A stretch of 64,000 bases of DNA from an uncultured Acidobacteriota bacterium (GCA_963813155.1 CAWEYG010000005.1:1-64000), one strand, 5' to 3'. Positions 49,970 to 60,400 are shown, counted from the stretch's first letter. The notes: a model not told the origin generated them from the letters alone. A program made the numbers and translations.

Positions 49970-52465
49970 CTATTTTACGACGACTTTCGCGTCCCGCGGC
50001 GGGCTGATCGTCTTTTTATGGTCGCAGGCGGGGTTGTCGCAGAACAGGAAGGTCCCCTCCCGCTTCAACGTCTTCTCGAGGAGGTACGGCCGGCCGCACT
50101 TCGGGCATGCCTGCGGCAGGGGCTTGTAGCGGAACGAGAAATCGCACTTCGGATAGTTCGCGCACGGATAGAAGAAACCGAAACGCCCGCGCCGCTCGAC
50201 GATCTTTCCGCCGTCTTTCGGGCACACCACTCCCGTCTCGACGAGGGGCTTCGGCGGCCGGTACTTGCACTTCGGATAGTTCGCGCAGGCGACGAACTCG
50301 CCGAACCGGCCCCTCTTCTTGACGAGATCGCCGCCGCAATCGGGGCATTTCTCCCCCGTCGGCTGCGGTTCGGAAGCGGCGCGGCTCGCGGCCATCGCGA
50401 TCGGCATCGTGTTGCGGCATTTCGGATAGGCCGAGCAGCCGAGGAACGGGCGCTCCCCCGCCTGCCGCAGCTTCATCGGCGAGCCGCACTCTTCGCAGAT
50501 CTGGTTCTCGTATTCGGTCAGGTCCGGCGCATCCTCCTCGGTCTCGGGAACGTCGTACGTGAAATCGCAGTTCGGGTACCCGGAGCAGGCGATGAAGAGG
50601 CCGTTTTTTCCCATTCGGAGCTTCAGTGCTTTCGCGTCCTTCGGACAGGTGTCGGCGATCTCCGGAACGAGCGCGAAGCCGAAGGTCTTGCGGGCGTCCT
50701 TCAGCAGGATGCCCGCCTTCTGGGAGACCATCTGTTTCAGGGCCCGGTCGCGGTCTTTCACGAATTTCTTGTCGAAGTCCGCGAGCGCCTTCGTCCATTT
50801 GATGTTGCCCGCCTCGACCTCGTCGAGCTCCTCCTCCAGACGGGCCGTGTAGCCGGTCTCGAAGAAGTCGTCGAAATACGGAATCAGCATCTCGATCACG
50901 ACGCGGCCGAGCGCGGTCGGATAGAAACGCTTCTCTCTCTTCCTCACGTACTCGCGATCCTCGATCTTTCGCATGATCTCGGCGTACGTGGACGGGCGCC
51001 CGATGCCGTTCTCCTCCATGTACTTCACGAGCGAGGCCTCGTTGAACCGGGGCGGCGGCTGAGTGAAGTGCTGTTCCGGCGTCAGCGAAACGAGGCGAAC
51101 CTCGTCTCCTTCCGCAAGCGGCGGGATGGCGGAGCCGGCTTCTTTCTCGTCGTCGTCTTCTTCGACGACTCCGTAGGCCGCGAGGTACCCCGGAAATTTC
51201 AGGGTCGACCCGGTCGCGCGATAGAGCGACCGGCCCGTCTCGATTTCCGCGGCGACGGTCTCCGAAATGGACGGGTTCATCTGCGACGCGACGAACCTCT
51301 CCCAGATCAACCGGTAGAGCTTCGCTTCCTCGGAGGTGAGCGCGCTCGCGACCGCTTCCGGCGGCAGGTCGAGCATCGTGGGTCGGATCGCCTCGTGCGC
51401 CTCCTGGGCGTTGGCCCGCGCGCGGAAGAACCTCGGCGTTTCCGGAAGGTAATCGGCCCCGTACTTCTCCCCGATCAACGTTCGGACCCCGGAGAGCGCG
51501 TCGTCGGAAACTCGCGTCGAGTCGGTTCGCATGTACGTGATCAAGCCGACCGTGCCGCGGCCCGCGATTTCTTTTCCCTCGTAGAGCCGCTGGGCGAGCT
51601 GCATCGTTCGGCGCACCGTGAAGCCGAGTCTCCGGGAGGCCGCCTGCTGCAGCTGCGACGTGATGAACGGGGGCGGCGACGACTTCTTTCGCTCCGATTT
51701 CTCGACTTTGCGGACGATCCACCGCCCCTTCTCGGCCTCGAGGCGGATCTCCTGAGCCCTCGCCTCGTTGGCGACTTTCGGATCAGTTCCGTCGAACTTG
51801 AGTTTTTCCCCGTCGAAAGCGAACAGCCGGCCCGTGAATTCGGGCGGCGGCGGGGAACCGGCGGCCGCGAGGCGGGCGTCCACCGACCAGTATTCGACGG
51901 GAACGAACGCTTCAATCTCCTTTTCGCGGTCGCAGATGATCCGCAGCGTCACGGTCTGGACGCGTCCCGCCGAGAGCCCGCGCCAGATCTTCTTCCAGAG
52001 GAGATCGGAGACTTCGTACCCGACGAGCCGATCGATGATCCGGCGCGCCTGCTGGGCTCCGACGCGGTTCTCGTCGATCGACCCCGCGTTCTCGACGGCG
52101 GCCTGAACCGCCTTCTTCGTGATCTCGTTGAAGCGCGCCCGCTTGAACTCCACCTTGGAGTTCCCGACCTTCAGTTCCTGGAGGAGATGCCAGGAGATGG
52201 CCTCCCCCTCACGATCGGGGTCGGCCGCGAGGTAGACGCGCTGGACGCCCTTCGTCGCCTTGCGAAGTTCCGCGAGCGTCTTCTCTTTTCCCTTGAGGAC
52301 TTCGTAGGTCGGCTTGTACCCGTTCTCGCGGTCGACGCCGAGCCCCTTGCGCGGCAGGTCGCGCACATGTCCAAATGAAGCGAGAACCTTGAAGTCTTTG
52401 CCGAGAAATTTTTCAAGAGTCTTCGCTTTGGAGGGCGATTCGACGATCACGAGCGATTTAGCCAA
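49970..52465 (-). CDS. topA: DNA topoisomerase I
   Basis: LVIVESPSKAKT, ADPDREGEAI, SAGRVQ, ITYMRTDS, GIGRPSTY, C-terminal zinc ribbons. Confidence 0.98.
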   Translation of the reverse strand: MAKSLVIVESPSKAKTLEKFLGKDFKVLASFGHVRDLPRKGLGVDRENGYKPTYEVLKGKEKTLAELRKATKGVQRVYLAADPDREGEAISWHLLQELKVGNSKVEFKRARFNEITKKAVQAAVENAGSIDENRVGAQQARRIIDRLVGYEVSDLLWKKIWRGLSAGRVQTVTLRIICDREKEIEAFVPVEYWSVDARLAAAGSPPPPEFTGRLFAFDGEKLKFDGTDPKVANEARAQEIRLEAEKGRWIVRKVEKSERKKSSPPPFITSQLQQAASRRLGFTVRRTMQLAQRLYEGKEIAGRGTVGLITYMRTDSTRVSDDALSGVRTLIGEKYGADYLPETPRFFRARANAQEAHEAIRPTMLDLPPEAVASALTSEEAKLYRLIWERFVASQMNPSISETVAAEIETGRSLYRATGSTLKFPGYLAAYGVVEEDDDEKEAGSAIPPLAEGDEVRLVSLTPEQHFTQPPPRFNEASLVKYMEENGIGRPSTYAEIMRKIEDREYVRKREKRFYPTALGRVVIEMLIPYFDDFFETGYTARLEEELDEVEAGNIKWTKALADFDKKFVKDRDRALKQMVSQKAGILLKDARKTFGFALVPEIADTCPKDAKALKLRMGKNGLFIACSGYPNCDFTYDVPETEEDAPDLTEYENQICEECGSPMKLRQAGERPFLGCSAYPKCRNTMPIAMAASRAASEPQPTGEKCPDCGGDLVKKRGRFGEFVACANYPKCKYRPPKPLVETGVVCPKDGGKIVERRGRFGFFYPCANYPKCDFSFRYKPLPQACPKCGRPYLLEKTLKREGTFLFCDNPACDHKKTISPPRDAKVVVK

Positions 52466-52509
52466 GAACGTGTCCTTCCCTATTGCAAGGGCGCATCATA
52501 CGGCGTCTG

Positions 52510-53610
52510 TCAAGTCCGCCCCTCCCGGACCGCGACGTAGAGGCCGCCGGGAAGGGTGCGCAGGAACCCGCGAGCTTCGAGGTCGAAAAGGACCGCGAGG
52601 AGGTTGGCGACCGGCAGGTTGTTGATCTCCGCGAGATCGTCGGCGGACCAGGCCTCCTCGCCGGCCATCGACTTCCAGACCTGCGCGGCATCGCCGGAAA
52701 GCGACTCGGGAACGTTGCGCGGAACCACGGTCCCCCCGAGCGAGGGAAAGATCTCCGAGAGGACGTCTTCCGCGCCCCGGCACAGGATGGCGCCGTCGCG
52801 CAGGAGCTCGTGGCAGCCGTCGGAGAGCTCGGACCGGACGGAGCCGGGCACCGCAAAGACGTCGCGGCCAAAATCGTTCGCGAACTTCGCGGTGATGAGG
52901 GAACCGCTCCGGCGCGCGGCTTCGACGACCACGACTCCACTCGACATTCCCGCGATGATCCGGTTGCGGACCGGAAAGTTCCGCTGTTCGGGCTCGGTGC
53001 CCGGAGGGAATTCCGTCAACACGAGACCCTCCGCGCGGATCCGCTCCCACAGCGTCCGGTTTTCCTCCGGATACGGGACCTCCGGCCCGCAGCCGAGCAC
53101 GGCGACGGTGCCTCCCGGTCCTCCGAGCGCGGCCTGGTGCGAGGCCGCGTCGACCCCCCGCGCCATTCCCGAAACGACGCACACTCCCGCCGAGGAAAGG
53201 TCCTGGGCGAGGCGCGCGCACACTTCTTTCCCGTAGTTCGTCGCCGCCCTAGCGCCGACGATTCCCACCGCGGGGAGCGAGAGCTTTCCGAGGTCTCCGC
53301 GCGCGTACAGGAGCAGCGGCGCATCGGGAATCTCGCGCAACAGTCGGGGATAGGGACCTTCGAACGGAGTGAGGAGCGTCGCGCCCGCTTTGCGCGCCGC
53401 CGCGAGGTCGTCGGACACGTCGACGTCGAACGGCCGCGTGAGCTCGCGACATGTCCTCTCGGAAGGAAGGATGTCGCCAAAGAGGGACGGGTCGGCGCCC
53501 GGAAGCTTCGTCCAATCGCCCGCGCGCGCGCTCGCTCTCCAGAATCGCCGCGGCGAAAGCCCCGGAATCTTTCGCCACGCGAGCGCCGCACGAACGGCCT
53601 CATTCGTCAT
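52510..53610 (-). CDS. dprA: DNA-processing protein DprA
   Basis: YPRLLREI.DAP, IVGAR, VVSGMARGVD..SH, FPVRNRII, VVEA..SGSLITA. Confidence 0.96.
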   Translation of the reverse strand: MTNEAVRAALAWRKIPGLSPRRFWRASARAGDWTKLPGADPSLFGDILPSERTCRELTRPFDVDVSDDLAAARKAGATLLTPFEGPYPRLLREIPDAPLLLYARGDLGKLSLPAVGIVGARAATNYGKEVCARLAQDLSSAGVCVVSGMARGVDAASHQAALGGPGGTVAVLGCGPEVPYPEENRTLWERIRAEGLVLTEFPPGTEPEQRNFPVRNRIIAGMSSGVVVVEAARRSGSLITAKFANDFGRDVFAVPGSVRSELSDGCHELLRDGAILCRGAEDVLSEIFPSLGGTVVPRNVPESLSGDAAQVWKSMAGEEAWSADDLAEINNLPVANLLAVLFDLEARGFLRTLPGGLYVAVREGRT

Positions 53611-53669
53611 CGGAACATCCTAAAATTTTCCATTCGCCAGTGAGAACGCGCTTAGAATACACCGACCGT

Positions 53670-53693
53670 CACGGGAGTGGCACGGGAGTGGCA
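53670..53693 (+). repeat. 11-bp tandem repeat that also spells a sigma54-like box
   Basis: CACGGGAGTGG x2; TGGCACGGGAGTGGCA at 53678-53693 has GG-N10-GC. Confidence 0.5.
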
Positions 53694-53707
53694 GAAGAAG
53701 AAACTTG

Positions 53708-54085
53708 ATGCGATCGAGACATTGGATCGGCGTGCTCGGCGCCGCGCTCTGGGTGGCCTCGTGTGGATGCGCCACTCAAACGACGCCGCAAAAGGCCTCC
53801 CAGCAGCTCCGCTTCGGCGCGAAAGTCGCCCGCCTCGGGTACTGGCAGGAAGCGCGCTTCCGGTTCGAGCACGCGGTCGCGCTCGATCCCGGAAACGCGC
53901 GGGCGCACAACGACCTGGCCGTCGCGCTCGAGGCGGTCGGCGAATTCGGCGCCGCCTTCGAGGAGTACAAGAAAGCCGTTTCCCTCGCGGGCAGCGACAC
54001 CTCCATCCGGCAGAACTACACGAAATTCGCGGAGTTCTATTCCGCCTACACGAAGCGCGTGGGGAAGGTGAGCCCTGCTCCGTAG
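53708..54085 (+). CDS. TPR-repeat lipoprotein
   Basis: Signal peptide ending VASC; EARFRFEHAVALDPGNARAHNDLAVALE...A..EY.KA TPR pattern. Confidence 0.85.
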   Translation: MRSRHWIGVLGAALWVASCGCATQTTPQKASQQLRFGAKVARLGYWQEARFRFEHAVALDPGNARAHNDLAVALEAVGEFGAAFEEYKKAVSLAGSDTSIRQNYTKFAEFYSAYTKRVGKVSPAP

Positions 54086-54773
54086 AGCGGCCGCGATCCT
54101 CTTTCCGCTCGTCCTGCTCGCGGCGGGATGCTCGGGAGTGGTGCGCCTCAAGATGAAGCTTCCCATGAGGCCCCGCCTGCCCCTCAAGGGCAACGAGCGG
54201 GTCGCCATCGCCCCGTTTCTCCTCGTGACGCAGGCCGACAAGCCGAAGGACCAGGCCGACCTCGCGAAGGTCGACGTCCAGGCGGAGTTTCACCGCTACC
54301 TCGTGTCGAGACTTCAGAAGAAGACCAAGCTGCAGACGATCGACCTCGGGGAGACGGTCAAGCTGCCGACCCGGAATCTGATCGAGCTCTCGAGGAGCGC
54401 CGATTTCTGGCGAGGCGTCGGCCAGAAGGAAAACGCCGACGTCATCGTCTCGGGATCGCTGGAGTTCAAGATCGAGGACAGCGCCGGCTACAAGACCGAA
54501 GAATACGTGTCGCCGATCAACGGACAGACGTACTACCGCCAGATCTACGTCGAGCGGACGGGCTACCTGTTCGACATCGTGTTCCTCGTTCTCGACGGGA
54601 AGACCGGCGAGAAGATCCTGCAGGACGAGTTCAAGGACTTCCGCGAAAGAAACCGGCGCCGCACCGACGAGCTGCTCGGTCTTTTCGGAAACCTCTTTTC
54701 GCTCGAAGACCAGATCCTGAACATGTTCGTTCCGCGGGAGAGATCCGTGGAGCGGTACGTTTTCACGCGGTGA
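54075..54773 (+). CDS. Putative lipoprotein (CsgG/TolB-N-like alpha/beta fold); start uncertain
   Basis: Frame extends upstream of the ORF call to give LLRRAAAILFPLVLLAAG-C; RVAIAPF and ADVIVSGSL motifs. Confidence 0.75.
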   Translation: MLRRAAAILFPLVLLAAGCSGVVRLKMKLPMRPRLPLKGNERVAIAPFLLVTQADKPKDQADLAKVDVQAEFHRYLVSRLQKKTKLQTIDLGETVKLPTRNLIELSRSADFWRGVGQKENADVIVSGSLEFKIEDSAGYKTEEYVSPINGQTYYRQIYVERTGYLFDIVFLVLDGKTGEKILQDEFKDFRERNRRRTDELLGLFGNLFSLEDQILNMFVPRERSVERYVFTR

Positions 54774-54777
54774 GGCC

Positions 54778-57700
54778 ATGAAGAAAATCTTCGTTCGCGT
54801 CGCATTCGTGATGGTGCTGCTCGCGGCCACGGCCGCGCCGGCGCTCGCCCAGTTCGGCCAGAACAAGATCGCCTACGATCGTTTCGACTGGTCGATCTAC
54901 CGCTCCACGCACTTCCAGATCTACTATTACCCGAAGGAGAAAGACTCGCTCCAGAAGGTCGCGTCGTTCGCGGAGAGCGCGTACGACGAGCTCTCCCGCA
55001 CGCTCAATTACCAGATCCCGCACCCGATTCCCGTCATCATCTACGCGACGCACGCGGAGTTCGAGCAGACCAACACGGACCTGAACTTCATCCCGGAAGG
55101 AACGGGAGCTTTCGCGCTGCCGACCCGCGACCGGATCGTCACTCCGATCGACCTTCCCGACGATCTCCTGCAGGAAGTCATCCAGCACGAGTGCACGCAC
55201 ATCTTCCAGTTCGAGCTGCTCTTCCAGGGCAACTTCATCAAGGCGTACACGTCCTCCCCGCCGCAGTGGTTCATGGAAGGCATGGCCTCCTATTTCGGGC
55301 ACGACGAGGACAACTACTCGCGCATGTACATTCGCGACGCCGTGCTGACCGACATCGTTCCGGAGGTCGCGAAGCGCGGCAACCAGCTCTACGGCTACTT
55401 CGCTTACCGGTTCGGCCACGCCGTGTTCGACTTCATCGAGGCCGAATGGGGCAAGGACGCCGTCCGGGAGTTCGTGTACGAGTTCCGCACGAACCTCGGA
55501 GGAGGCGTCGAAAAGGTGATCAAGCGGGCCTTCGACCTCAGCGCGGAGGATTTCGACATCAAGTTCCGGCGCTATCTCCGCCAGCGGTACCTTCCCATCC
55601 TGACGAGCAAGGGAGAACCGGTCGACTTCGGGGAGCGCTACCACGCCCGGAAGGAGGACGACGGCCAGTCGTGGGAGACCTCGCCGGTGCCGTTTCCGTC
55701 CGGCGATTTTCTCGGCGCGGTCTCCACGTACGACGAGAACGCCGACGTCGTCGTCTTCTCCTCGCGCGACCGCCGGCTGTTCCGCAACCTCACGAAGGGA
55801 TACACGACGAAGTACGAATACCTCGTCGCCCAGTTCGTGACGATCTCGGCGACCGAGCCGGGCCGGGCCATCGGCGTCTCGCCCGACGGCAACCACATGG
55901 TCGCGTTCGTCCGGCGCGAGCGCGGCCGAAACATCGGAATCTTCAACGTCCTCACGAAGAAACTCGAACGGGAGATCCCGATCTCGGTCGACCAGGAGCT
56001 GTCGCCGTCCTATTCGCCGGACGGGCAGTCGATCGTCTTCTCCGCCGTCGACAAGGGGAGCTCGAACATCTTCGTCTACCACCTCGACACCGGGAAGATG
56101 GACAACGCGACCCAGGACGACGCCTGGGACGTGGCTCCGACTTTCTCTCCCGACGGAAAATGGATCTACTACTCCTCGAAACGCCAGGATTACAACAAGA
56201 TCTTTCGCGTCGACGCTTCGAACCCGTCCGTTCGGGAACAGGTCACGTTCGGCGATTTCAACGACGTCGACTCTTCGCTCTCCGCCGACGGATCGCGGCT
56301 CTACTTCTCGTCGGACCGGGACGGCGGCGTTTACAACATCTTTTCGCTCGACTTGAACACCGGCGAAACGTGGCAGCACACCAACGTCGTGGGCGGAGCG
56401 TTCACGCCGAGCGTCTTCCCGGGCAAGGACGGCATCGAGAAGCTCGTCTTCTGCGCCTACTACAAGCTGCGCTTTTCCCTCTACCTCGCCGACGCGAAGA
56501 AGCCGATCAAGAAGCTCGCCGCGCTCACGCCGCCGCCGGCCCCCGTGGGCGCGCAGCCGGCTCCCCGCTACACGGCCGCGATCGAAGTCGCGATCGATCC
56601 GGACAAGATCCAGCAGAAGCCGTCCCACAAGCTCTACATCGACAGCGCGAACGTCGCCGCGGGCGTCAACTCCGACAGCACGCTGTTTTCCGATTCGTCG
56701 CTGCTCTTCTCCGACAATCTCGGCGACCGGCTGTTCGTCGCGAGCCTTCAGTCGATTTCCACCTACACCGACTTCAATTTCACCTACCTCAACCTGAAAA
56801 ATCGGCTGCGGCTGGGAGGATCGATCTTCGACACGCGGGAGTATTTCATCGGCACCTCCCTCAACGTGAGCACGGGCTTCTTCAGCCGCGGACAGCGGTT
56901 CCTGCGGGAAACGGGCGCGACCCTGAACGGGTCGTATCCCCTGGACCGATACCATCGGCTCGACGGGTCGATCGGGTTCATTTCCCGGTCGCTCGACCAG
57001 CCGTTCTTCGTCACGAACGCGGACGGCTCGCAGGCCGTCCTCTTCGGAAGCCGCCGCGACAACGATCCCACGGGGAGCATTTCGTTCACGGGAGACAAGA
57101 CGCTTTACACCCAGATCGGCCCGCTCGCGGGGCGGCGCTACACGGTCACGTATTCCTACACGCCGGACCTGAAGCACGGCGACGAGAACGTCGGCACCGA
57201 CGCCAGCGGAAATCCGATCGTCTCGAAGCACGGAGGAACGCTCGCGCAGTCGTTGTCGATCGACATTCGCCAGTACGTCCGGGTGTTCAAGCGCTCGACG
57301 CTCGCGTTCCGGCTCTACGGCGCGCGGTCGACCGGAAATTTCCCCGACATCTTCTCTTTCGGCGGATACGACACACTGCGCGCCTACGACTTCCGGTCCG
57401 AGATCGGCAACGAGCTCGCGTTCGGCAACGTCGAATATCGCTTTCCCCTGATCGACCAGATCAGCCTCTTCGGCGGATTCGTTCTGTCGAACATCCGGGG
57501 CCGGCTCTTCGTCGACGTCGGAGCGTCCAATTTCAGCTACTCGGGACAGACGTTTCGCTTCTGGAACGGTTCGAACCACGACCGCGAGATCACCGCGGTC
57601 ATCAACGGGGTTCCGACGACCGGGAATTACCGCCCCTACGAGCTCGTCAACGGGCTCGCCGACTACGGCTACGGCATCTCGATCAACCTGCTGGGCGTCG

Positions 57701-57789
57701 AACTCCACTGGGACTTCGCGAAAAAGTGGGATTTGAGGACGTCTCTCTCGAGCTTCCGAACGGCCTTCTACATCGGCACGATTTTCTGA
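54778..57789 (+). CDS. Omp85-family outer membrane protein with N-terminal gluzincin peptidase domain and PD40 beta-propeller
   Basis: Signal peptide; HECTH plus PQWFMEGMASY; SPDG repeats; barrel motifs GG..TLRAY, NVEYRFPL, FVDVG; terminal FYIGTIF. Confidence 0.88.
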   Translation: MKKIFVRVAFVMVLLAATAAPALAQFGQNKIAYDRFDWSIYRSTHFQIYYYPKEKDSLQKVASFAESAYDELSRTLNYQIPHPIPVIIYATHAEFEQTNTDLNFIPEGTGAFALPTRDRIVTPIDLPDDLLQEVIQHECTHIFQFELLFQGNFIKAYTSSPPQWFMEGMASYFGHDEDNYSRMYIRDAVLTDIVPEVAKRGNQLYGYFAYRFGHAVFDFIEAEWGKDAVREFVYEFRTNLGGGVEKVIKRAFDLSAEDFDIKFRRYLRQRYLPILTSKGEPVDFGERYHARKEDDGQSWETSPVPFPSGDFLGAVSTYDENADVVVFSSRDRRLFRNLTKGYTTKYEYLVAQFVTISATEPGRAIGVSPDGNHMVAFVRRERGRNIGIFNVLTKKLEREIPISVDQELSPSYSPDGQSIVFSAVDKGSSNIFVYHLDTGKMDNATQDDAWDVAPTFSPDGKWIYYSSKRQDYNKIFRVDASNPSVREQVTFGDFNDVDSSLSADGSRLYFSSDRDGGVYNIFSLDLNTGETWQHTNVVGGAFTPSVFPGKDGIEKLVFCAYYKLRFSLYLADAKKPIKKLAALTPPPAPVGAQPAPRYTAAIEVAIDPDKIQQKPSHKLYIDSANVAAGVNSDSTLFSDSSLLFSDNLGDRLFVASLQSISTYTDFNFTYLNLKNRLRLGGSIFDTREYFIGTSLNVSTGFFSRGQRFLRETGATLNGSYPLDRYHRLDGSIGFISRSLDQPFFVTNADGSQAVLFGSRRDNDPTGSISFTGDKTLYTQIGPLAGRRYTVTYSYTPDLKHGDENVGTDASGNPIVSKHGGTLAQSLSIDIRQYVRVFKRSTLAFRLYGARSTGNFPDIFSFGGYDTLRAYDFRSEIGNELAFGNVEYRFPLIDQISLFGGFVLSNIRGRLFVDVGASNFSYSGQTFRFWNGSNHDREITAVINGVPTTGNYRPYELVNGLADYGYGISINLLGVELHWDFAKKWDLRTSLSSFRTAFYIGTIF

Positions 57790-57810
57790 ACCGCGGTACA
57801 ATTTCGCCGC

Positions 57811-58599
57811 TTGATCCGCCCGTCCCGCACGAAGAAGTCTCTCCGGGTGCGTGTGCTGGGCCCCTATGGGGGCTCAGCTCCCGACTGCCGGATGACGACG
57901 TTTCTCCTCAACGAGACCTCGTCGCTGGACGCCGGCGCTCTCACGTCGATGCTCACGCTCGAGGAACAGCGGCGTGTCGACCGGGTCGTGATCACCCACT
58001 CGCACTTCGACCACGTCGCGACGCTCCCCTTCCTGCTCGAGAACGTCTTCGGGCGCCGCAAGCCGATCGAGATCGTCGCGCCCCGGACGGTTCTTTCGCC
58101 TCTCCGGAAACACCTCTTCAACGGATCGCTCTGGCCCGACTTTTCGAAGCTCCCCTCGCGCCGTAACGCCACGGTGAGGTTCTGCCCCGTCGCCCCGGGG
58201 AGCGTCTACCGCGCTCCGGATCTCTCGTTTCAGCCGATCCCCGTCCATCACATCGTTCCCACCTACGGCTATCTCGTGCGCGGGAAGGCCGGGTCGATCC
58301 TCTTCTCGGGAGACACCGGCCCGACCCGGCGGCTCTGGGAGGCGGCGAATCGCGCCGACGACCTGAAGGCGATTTTCCTGGAGGTCTCCTTCTCGAACTC
58401 TCAATCGAAGATTGCGGCCGCGTCGCGGCACCTGACGCCGCGCCAGATTCCGGCCGAGCTCGCGAAGACGCGCTGGACCGTGCCCGTCTTCCTGTACCAC
58501 ATGAAACCGCCATCGCTGACGGAGATCGAGCGGGAAGTCCGGAAGCTCAAGATGCCGCGGCTTCACTTCCTCAGCCAGGGCGATATTCTCGAGTTCTGA
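57811..58599 (+). CDS. MBL-fold hydrolase, class II cyclic-nucleotide phosphodiesterase-like
   Basis: LDAG, ITHSHFDHV, HLFN..LWPDF, FSGDTGPT, EVSF, HLTP, YHMKP. Confidence 0.85.
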   Translation: MIRPSRTKKSLRVRVLGPYGGSAPDCRMTTFLLNETSSLDAGALTSMLTLEEQRRVDRVVITHSHFDHVATLPFLLENVFGRRKPIEIVAPRTVLSPLRKHLFNGSLWPDFSKLPSRRNATVRFCPVAPGSVYRAPDLSFQPIPVHHIVPTYGYLVRGKAGSILFSGDTGPTRRLWEAANRADDLKAIFLEVSFSNSQSKIAAASRHLTPRQIPAELAKTRWTVPVFLYHMKPPSLTEIEREVRKLKMPRLHFLSQGDILEF

Positions 58600-58606
58600 G
58601 TCTTCT

Positions 58607-59786
58607 TCAGAGCCGCGAGAGCGCGGCGAGATCCATGGCGAGAATGGCGGCGATCCGGCTTCGGCCGAGATCGGATTTCAGAAACTCCTCTCGCGCGTCG
58701 GGAAGCTCCGCGAAGCGAACGAGCCGCGACCCGAGCTCCGTTGTCTCGAGCTGGAACCCCGTGCGGCGCAGGCCGAATTCGCGATCGATCGTCAGGGTCT
58801 TCCGATCCGGCTCGTACCGCACGGACTCGAGCGCCGGCTCTCCCTGGCTCGGGACGATCCGGGCCTCGAAGGCGAATTCTCCCGTCGGGCGCACATCGAC
58901 ACTTCCGAGCCCTTCCGCGAATCGCCGGTAGCCCGCCGGGTCGGCGACCGCGCTCAGAAGCTCCTGCGAGTCCTCGCCCTCCCGAAAAACCTCGATTCGC
59001 GCCGTCTGGAGCGAGGGATCGGGATCGCCGGTGAGCTGGAGGGCCCGTTCGAGAAGCCCGCGATCCATCTCGAAAATCTCCGACAGCTTCGCGCCGCGTT
59101 CGCCCCGGAGCGGAATGCGCGTCCGCGAGCCTTCGTCGAGGATCTGCACTTCGCCCTGGTGAAACCGCACGATCCTTGCCCCCGCACGTCCGCCGGACGA
59201 TCACGCCGGAGAGGAACATCGACGTCCGGACGAACGTGCGGCGCCACGCCTCTTCGAATTCCGACTCCGGCGCCCGTCCGAGCTCGAATCGGATCGACCT
59301 TCCCTGCTCCGGACCGCCGGCGAAATCGAGGACCGCCGCGTCGGTTCCGGGTGTCATCCGCAGGAGGCCCAGCGGCGTCTCGTATTCCGCGGCGTCGAAG
59401 GGGAGAATCTCCGGCAGGGGATATCCGACGTCGACGAGCCATTCGCGGCCCTCGACCGGAACGACGAGCGCGGCGTGGCTGCGGGGATAACGGATCTCCG
59501 CCATCACGCGGCGGGAGGGAAAACCGAGCCCGCTGATCAGCGCGTCGAACGCCGCGACGCGGGCGAAACACGTTCCGCCCGACCCGCGCTCGAGGTATTC
59601 GTTCCAGAACAGCTCGGGCCTCCGCGGCTTTGCCGCCGGATCGTCGACGTCGCGGTCACGGAGGATCTTCGACGCCGACTCGAACGGAATTTTCTCGTTG
59701 AAGGAGCGAAACAGCTCGCGGAGATACGGCAGCGAGGGCGGCCGGACCGGCAGCTCCAGCGCCTCGAGCCATTCCTCGCCGCTCAT
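58607..59786 (-). CDS. Arylamine N-acetyltransferase-like protein with C-terminal extension, frameshift near 59175
   Basis: IPFES, GSGGTCF, SHAAL, WLVDVG (Cys-His-Asp triad); continues as RFHQGEV... in a shifted frame. Confidence 0.75.
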
Positions 59787-59796
59787 CGTCCGCGGT

Positions 59797-60400
59797 TCAC
59801 GGGCTGAACGCCCGGCGGTGAACCTCGGACGACTCCGAGAGCTCCGGGTGAAAAGTCGCCGCCTGCACGTTGCCCTGCCGCACCCAGACGGGGTCGTCGC
59901 CTTCTCTCGCGAGGATCTCCACCCCGGGCCCGACGCGGGAAATCTTCGGCGCGCGGATGTAGACCGCCTCCGTCTCCTCGCCGGCCGGCCCCCGCGCCGT
60001 GCCGACGAAAGAGTCGACCTGCCTCCCGTACGCGTTGCGCACGACGTCTACGTCGAGGACGCCGAGAGACCGCTGCACCGGATTCTCGACTCTTCGCGCG
60101 AGCAGGATCAGTCCGGCGCACGTCGCGAGGACCGGCTTTCCGCTCGCCGCGAATTCCCGCAGCGGCGTTTCCCATCCCTCGCGGTCGAAGAACTTCAGCA
60201 GCGTCGTGGATTCGCCGCCGGGCAGAACGAGACCGGACACGGAATCGAGCTCCCCGGGTTTTCGGATCTCGCGGCTCGGCAGGCCGGCGCGAGCGAGGGC
60301 TTCCGCATGCTTTCGCGAAATCGCCCTGCAACGCGAGAATCCCCACGGGACGCTTTTCCCCCTCTCCATCTGGAGAGGGGGTCAGGGGGTGAGGTCTCAC
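59797..60400 (-). CDS. pdxT: PLP synthase glutaminase subunit, frameshift near 60312
   Basis: [10 protein letters not shown], then [37 protein letters not shown] in a shifted frame. Confidence 0.9.
60358..60394. repeat. Short REP-like palindromic element
   Basis: CCCCCTCTCC-ATCT-GGAGAGGGGG-TCAGGGGGTGAGG. Confidence 0.6.

Noticed and set aside
49956-49971. sigma54-like box AGGCGTTAGTCTTGCA before the 69-aa gene
   Set aside because: Weak -24 element, and the implied TSS would fall downstream of the gene's Shine-Dalgarno.
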